Source of the DNA: Octopus vulgaris
Lineage: Eukaryota
Assembly (NCBI GenBank): GCA_951406725.2
Contig: OX597826.1
Location: forward strand, 51,708,001-51,772,000
Reading direction: 5' to 3'
DNA: 64,000 nucleotides
The notes under the pieces are model-generated. The model ran no database searches and had not been told where the DNA came from. It worked only from the letters and a program-made list of their open reading frames with translations. Shown here piece by piece: positions 57,872-64,000 of the stretch. Both the position numbers and the translations under genes were made by a program. Position 1 is the first letter of the stretch; each line of letters starts with the position of its first letter.

Positions 57872-59020
57872 ATATATAACAAAAATATGCAGAAGTGCAT
57901 ATACAAATTCCTGCTCACTCTTACACCTAATTAGACTAGCATCAGCTATGCTGTAATACATACTACCTATAAATAATCTATAATTTGCAGTATATTTTAA
58001 AACATGTATTATATATTGTTTTAAGATTCTTAATCTAATCTACCGTTTTCTATTTGCGTCATCATCAATTCCTTAGGTATTTGTAATACGTAGTTTATTT
58101 ATAGAGGTCTGCCATATATGGATGCCGGTGTTCTCATGTTGCAGTCTTACCTCAGGTGTAAAATAATTTAATTTTTATTAGATTAGATTCTTCTTTTTAT
58201 TGAAAGGCTACAGTTTTATTTTCCTCTGATAAATGTGAAGTATACTGCTATATGCATACAAACGCACACACACAAACACACACGCACACACATGCTTACA
58301 TCTATTTATTTACTTATCTATCTAGCCATCTCTACACTCGTATATGCTATTTATGGTTTTTCTATGTATATATATATATATATGTATCCCTCTCTGTATG
58401 TATATAAATATATATATAAAGAGAGAGAGTGTGTGGGAGAGACAGAGAGGGAGAGACAGAGAAAGAGAGAGAGAGGGGGAGACAGAGAAAGAGAGAGAGG
58501 GTGAGAGAGGGGAGAGAGGGACAGAGAAGAAACAGAGTAATGTTCTCCGGAAATCTTCTACTATACACTTAGTATTGGTTTTGATTCTGAAGTGTATTAA
58601 ATACAATAAACGGATAATAGAAACGATAATGTAATGCTTATGAGGTAGAGCTGTTACTCGCAAACGAATATGACTTTGTACCAAGCTTTCGTTGATTGAT
58701 TTTGTTGCATATGCAGTCGCAAGGAGAAATCGTTTCCAACATCGTTTCCAACATCCTTGTCTTGATGTAGCGGATCATCGAGAATGAGGGTCAGAAACAG
58801 CAATCAGCTGGTGCTCATTTTTGCTAGGTAGACAGGAGCAGCATTGTACTGCTACAGCAAGCATATTCACTATACATAGATATATATGCAGACATCACAC
58901 TTACATATGATACCTACGTAAGCACAACTATAAGTAGGTTTAATTGTGGTACACGTTGGCATGCACAGAAGTTTTGGTACTAAATACATATTTTAGGCGT
59001 TACACCCCTCTACAGTTCAT

Positions 59021-59414
59021 TTATTCTTTTCCTTGTTTCAGATTTGACTGCGACTATGCTGGAGCACCAAATTAAGTCGTGCAAATCGACCCCAGAACTT
59101 ATTCTCTGTAAGCCTAGTACTTATTCTATCGGTCTTTTTTGTCGAACCGCTACGTTACGGGGAACGTAAACACATCAGCATCGGTTGTCAAGTGATGTTG
59201 GGGAGACAAACACAGGCATACAAACACACACATGCACATACGAAGATATATATAAATACAACGGGCTTCATTCAGTTTCCGTCTACCATATCCACTCAAA
59301 AGGTTTTGGTCGGTCCGAGGTTATAGTAGAAGACACTTGCCCAAGGTCCACGCAGTGGGAATGAACCCGGAACCATGTGGTTGGTAAGCAAGTACTTACC
59401 ACACAGCCACTCCT
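59021..59414 (-). mobile_element. Full-length tRNA/CORE-type SINE
   Basis: Ends ...ttaccacacagccactcc, the reverse complement of the tRNA-like head; body matches 38987-39410. Confidence 0.9.
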
Positions 59415-59667
59415 CGGTTTGCTTTTTTAAATCTCTTCAAAATAATTTAGATAGGAGTTCATTCGTTCTCTTTGATTTTCTACTTGTCTCTTTCTCTATT
59501 TCGCTTTCTTAATCGTTCATGATTTCTTTAAATGTGTGTCGTTTGTAGAATTGCATCATTCCAATGTAGTGTATATTTACACAAGACACAGTTCAATTGT
59601 TCATTACTAATACTTTCCTTGTGATTATGATTTCCTCAGTCACACTCTTAGAAAATCTTGGTTTCAA

Positions 59668-59985
59668 ATATTTGGCACAACGTCAGCAATTTCTTGGGAA
59701 GTGTAAGTGGGTCACATCGACTCCAGTACTTAACGGGTACTTATTTTATAGAACCCCTCCCGAAAGATGGAAAGAAAAGTCGACCTCGTCGAAATTTGAA
59801 CTGAGAACGTAAAGACGGAAAAACGCACCTTCCCCTGCGAGCTAACAATTCTACTAGCTCGCCGCCTTGCTTTCGGACCCATGAAGGACGAGGGATAAAG
59901 TTAACCTCGGAAGAATTTGAACTCCGAACGTAAAGATGGACGAAATTTTGCCCGGCGTGCTTATGATTCTTTCAGCTCACCGCCC
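59668..59985 (-). mobile_element. Two tandem Meta-domain-like SINE fragments
   Basis: aagtcgacctcgtcgaaatttgaactgagaacgtaaagacg and aagttaacctcggaagaatttgaactccgaacgtaaagatg. Confidence 0.65.
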
Positions 59986-60769
59986 TGTGATAAGAAAAAT
60001 AAAATACATATTTTCGTTCGCGTGTATTATTTGACGAAACGAGAAAAATTCCACAAAATAGCTATTTATTTTGTTTTACTTACCATATTTGTGTGGACAA
60101 AAGACGCATGTTTTACCAATAAGATGCTTCAAAGAAATCACCTCGGGTTCTCTATGCATAGCTATACCCCATAAGCTTTAATGCACTAAAAACCTTTTTC
60201 CCTGAATATGCGCTGCTGAAATTCGAGTGCGATGTATATGCCCGTGTGTCTTTTATACTATGAATTAAGTTAATTATTGCGGATGTTGAAATATTTTTAT
60301 GAAAATATTCAAATATTTCCCTACGCTATTTCTCTACTCACACTTTAAGTATTTATTGAAATGATATTCCGATATTTTTTAAATCGAACATGCCTTCTAA
60401 CTCTTTTAGTATTTTCTCTAATTCTGTTTGCGCTGAATTTGTGCATTTTGTTGTATCGCTTCTCTTCCTCATTTATCTTCTCTCATGGTTTCTATGTATG
60501 GAAGTCTTGACAACAGCGTGAAGGGATGGATAAAAATTAATGTTTGTTATGTATACCGAATAGAAAGTATTTTACACTAGATTTCAAATCATTTGTGCAG
60601 TAGGGAAAATCTCAAATGAATAAAAATAGGTTTAATAGAAAGAAAATACAATTGATGTTTTAAAAGTTTTATACGTACTAAAAGTTACCAAACTAAACAA
60701 TATTGGTAGTTCGAGGAATTAGAACAATAAACAAACTGATTTATACCTGGAATAACTGCAGACACTTGA

Positions 60770-60980
60770 GATGTGCGGCTTTAGGGTGTTGGACTCACGA
60801 TCATAAGATTGTAGTTTCGATTCCTGGACCGGGTGATTCGTTGTGATCATGAACAAAACACTTCATTTCACGTTGCGCCAATCCACTCAGCTGACCAAAA
60901 AAATGAGCATTCGTGCGATGGACCAGCGTTCCGTTCGCTGGAAGTATACATGCCAGAGAATCCAGAAAATCCGGAAAGGA
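60770..60980 (+). mobile_element. tRNA-derived SINE (second family)
   Basis: B box gtttcgattcc; later tccactcagctg and gcgatggaccagcgttccgt. Confidence 0.6.
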
Positions 60981-61895
60981 GCATTATCCTTTCTTTGGAG
61001 TTGAATTAAATTTTATTATCAAAAACATTGGGCATACCGACGTTCATTTCACGTGGCAGCAACAAAATGTAATGTTAAAAAAATATATATATATATGTCA
61101 AAAACGTTGCGCATATTAAAAAAAGAACACAAATTGATAGATATGCGTTTATATATGTATACACCGCCGTATATAGACCACCATCTATCTAGCTACACTT
61201 CTCCCTCACTATGTAAATAACATACATGCACATCTCTCTCTGTTTACCTATCTGTCAATCTATCTGTATTTGTAACTGAATATGATATTTGCAGACCCTT
61301 AATTTTGTTACGAAATAATGTACGTACCATTTATATATTTTTATTTTAAAGACAGAATAAAAATAAATTCCTTCTCTTACAAACCTTTCCACACAATTTT
61401 TACAATACTTATTATTTACAATACAATAATTTACAGAATCAAAAAGAATAAAAGGAAAATGATGAAACCAGTATTAAAGAATTTTATAAAAACTGATGCG
61501 AACATATTTTTAAAAAATTTCTAGTTCGTATAGTTCAAACGAAGATAAATTTATATTTTACCTGATATTTTATTTTCTATCATCAATATCAAGTGCATAT
61601 CGTGTTGTCTAATTTGCACTTTATACGTCCTTTAAGTTCCCAAGACAACGAATCAGAAATATTTATGATCTCTTTCTTCTTTTTATCCTTTAAAATTACC
61701 AAATATAGCATGAATCGTTCACCAAGCGGCAATGGACCTCCATTTAATGCACATATATTTGAGTGTATTTCCATGTATGGGTATGTACTTTTAGAGCGGG
61801 AGCCATTTATATTTACATGCTCTCAATCTTTCGCGCGCTCTCGTACCCACACACACACACATGACCACATGCACACATACATAGATTCTTATATA

Positions 61896-61944
<49 letters not shown>

Positions 61945-61951
61945 ATATATA

Positions 61952-62040
<89 letters not shown>

Positions 62041-62043
<3 letters not shown>

Positions 62044-62593
62044 GGCATTATTACACATACATGCCACACGCTAAGAGGGACAATTAGTCATTTCTACCAA
62101 AAAATTTTACTAATCATACCCAATGCAATTTTTCAAAGTAAGACATTTAAAAAATGAATTTAGTCTTGTATCACCTGTGATTTCGTACTTACCGCAGTTG
62201 CGACCGTACTCATCAGCAAGACTGATTCTGAACATATCATAAATAAACGACCCCGTACCGTCAAAGCCGAACAGCTATCTGCTCCACTTCAACGACGCAC
62301 ATGGGGAAGTTTACATATAATACATCCGGTAAATGGCAGGCTTCTTCGAATTGCATTTCGGGTAGGAAAAGTTTTTTCGGAATAAAATTATTTAACAATT
62401 AAGGATAACTTCTTAATAAGGGATCTTAACAAGAAATTATCAGGTAGATAGCGTGAAAAACCTCATAAGAGAAAAATTTCGAAAATAATTCTTTCTTATT
62501 GAACATATTAATTTATATATAGAGGGCATTATTACACATACATGCCACACGCTAAGAGGGACAATTAGTCATTTCTACCAAAAAATTGTTAAA

Positions 62594-62598
<5 letters not shown>
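62041..62598 (-). mobile_element. 481-bp-period hammerhead element: one unit, 66-bp direct repeat and 15-bp inverted tail, in (TA)n
   Basis: 62041-62106 is identical to 62522-62587; 62584-62598 is the reverse complement of 62386-62400. (TA)n on both sides. Confidence 0.85.
62156..62228 (-). ncRNA. Type I hammerhead ribozyme (intact core)
   Basis: Minus strand reads agucuug CUGAUGA guac...guac GAAA UCAC-AG-GUGA UA caagacu. It has a 7-bp stem I and an AUA triplet. Predicted cut between 62169 and 62168. Confidence 0.88.
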
Positions 62599-62639
<41 letters not shown>

Positions 62640-62640
<1 letters not shown>

Positions 62641-63023
62641 GTGTGTGTCTCTGTGTTTGTCCCATCACCACCACTACCACTTCTCTGTGGGTGTGTTTGC
62701 GTCCCCGCAACTTAGCGGTTCGGTAAAAAGGTTTGATAGAATAAGTACCAGGTTTAAAAAATAAGTACTGAGGTCCATTCATTCGATTGAAATAAAAATT
62801 TCAAGGCGGTGCCCCAGCCTGAAACAGGTAAAAGGTATAAAAGATAAAGGATATGTAGTACCTGTGGTAAGTAGCTTGCTTACAAACCACATGGCTCCGG
62901 GTTCAGTCCCACTGCGTGGCATCTTGGGCAAGTGTCTTCTACTATAGCCTCGAGCCGACCAAAGCCTTGTGAGTGGATTCGGTAGACGGAAACTGAAAGA
63001 AGCCCGTCGTATATATATATATG

Positions 63024-63058
<35 letters not shown>

Positions 63059-63253
63059 TTGTGTGTCTGTTTTTGTCCGCCTATCATTGCTTGACAGCCG
63101 ATGCTGATATGTTCATGTCTCTGTCACTTAGCGGTTCGGCAAAAGAGACCAATAGAATAAGTACTAGGCTTAGAAAGAATACGTCCCGGGGTCGATTTGC
63201 TCGACTAAATTTGATGCTCCAGCATGGCCGCAGTCAACTGACTGAAACAAGTA
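62640..63253 (+). mobile_element. Two tRNA/CORE-type SINE copies (3' half 62640-62850; near full 62862-63253)
   Basis: gtggtaagtagcttgct...ggttcagtcccactgcgtggc...actgaaacaagtaa. Confidence 0.85.
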
Positions 63254-63419
63254 ATATATATATATTATATTGTGAGTTGAATTGCATCCTGGCGAAACTT
63301 TACGTTTACTCGTTCTAGGATCGGTAAAATAGAACATCAGACAAATACTGCGTCGGTGATCTTAGTAATCCTCTTTCTTTATAATTGCTGGTTTTGTGTC
63401 TAAATCAGAAATTAAACGC

Positions 63420-63620
63420 AGGGAGATGGCTGAAATGTTAGGGCTTCGGGAAAACCGATTAGAGCTATTTGTTACGGCTATTAATTCAGGGCGTTCAACT
63501 CCTACCATGGTCAACTTTGCCTTTCATCCTTCTGCGGCTGATAAAAAATGGTATCATTCGAGTACTGTGGTCGATGCTGTCGACTAGAACCCTCCTCACA
63601 ATATTGCCAGTCTTGAGTAT
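63420..63620 (+). mobile_element. Degraded Meta-domain-like SINE
   Basis: gtcaactttgcctttcatccttctgcggctgataaaaaatggtatc. Confidence 0.55.
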
Positions 63621-63649
63621 ATATTAGAAATAATAATATAAATATCACC

Positions 63650-63691
63650 CTCCTCCTCCTCGTCATCATCATCATCATCATCATCATAATC

Positions 63692-63723
<32 letters not shown>

Positions 63724-63764
63724 AATAATGATAATAATTATCATTATTATTATATTTATTATTA

Positions 63765-63838
<74 letters not shown>
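63650..63838. repeat. (CAT)n/(AAT)n/(ATT)n microsatellite
   Basis: Directly visible. Confidence 0.95.
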
Positions 63839-64000
63839 TCTCGATTTATCTATCGATTCTACAACTAAAACTATTGATACCACTACAACTACTGCTGCTA
63901 ATGCTAATGCTATTTTTTTATTAAGATTAAAGTTTGCTACAGCTGCAATTAATGCTAATTTAAGTCAATAAATTTGATTATTCAAATACATTACCGCAAT

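Overview
AT-rich, microsatellite-dense eukaryotic non-coding DNA. The SINE repertoire suggests a cephalopod, probably Octopus; this is inferred from recalled SINE sequences, not verified. I find no credible host protein-coding gene, and nearly all listed ORFs are translations of simple repeats. Recognisable content: many tRNA-derived SINEs, three R4/Dong-clade LINE pieces in a (TAA)n tract, an RTE-clade LINE fragment, a degenerate full-length mariner, and decayed Penelope-like (PLE) RT/GIY-YIG remnants. The main feature is a ~10.5 kb array (42668-53166) of 21 nearly identical ~493-bp units. Each unit carries a complete type I hammerhead ribozyme on the minus strand. The array is inserted in (TA)n and ends in a partial unit plus a short inverted segment. 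Several unrelated small elements in the window (62041, 2501, 515, 11520, 13363, 7623) share all or part of this architecture: (TA)n junction, minus-strand hammerhead, direct or inverted terminal copy. This points to a diverse system of hammerhead-carrying, (TA)n-targeting non-autonomous Penelope/retrozyme-like retroelements. All structures were paired by eye; nothing was computed or searched.
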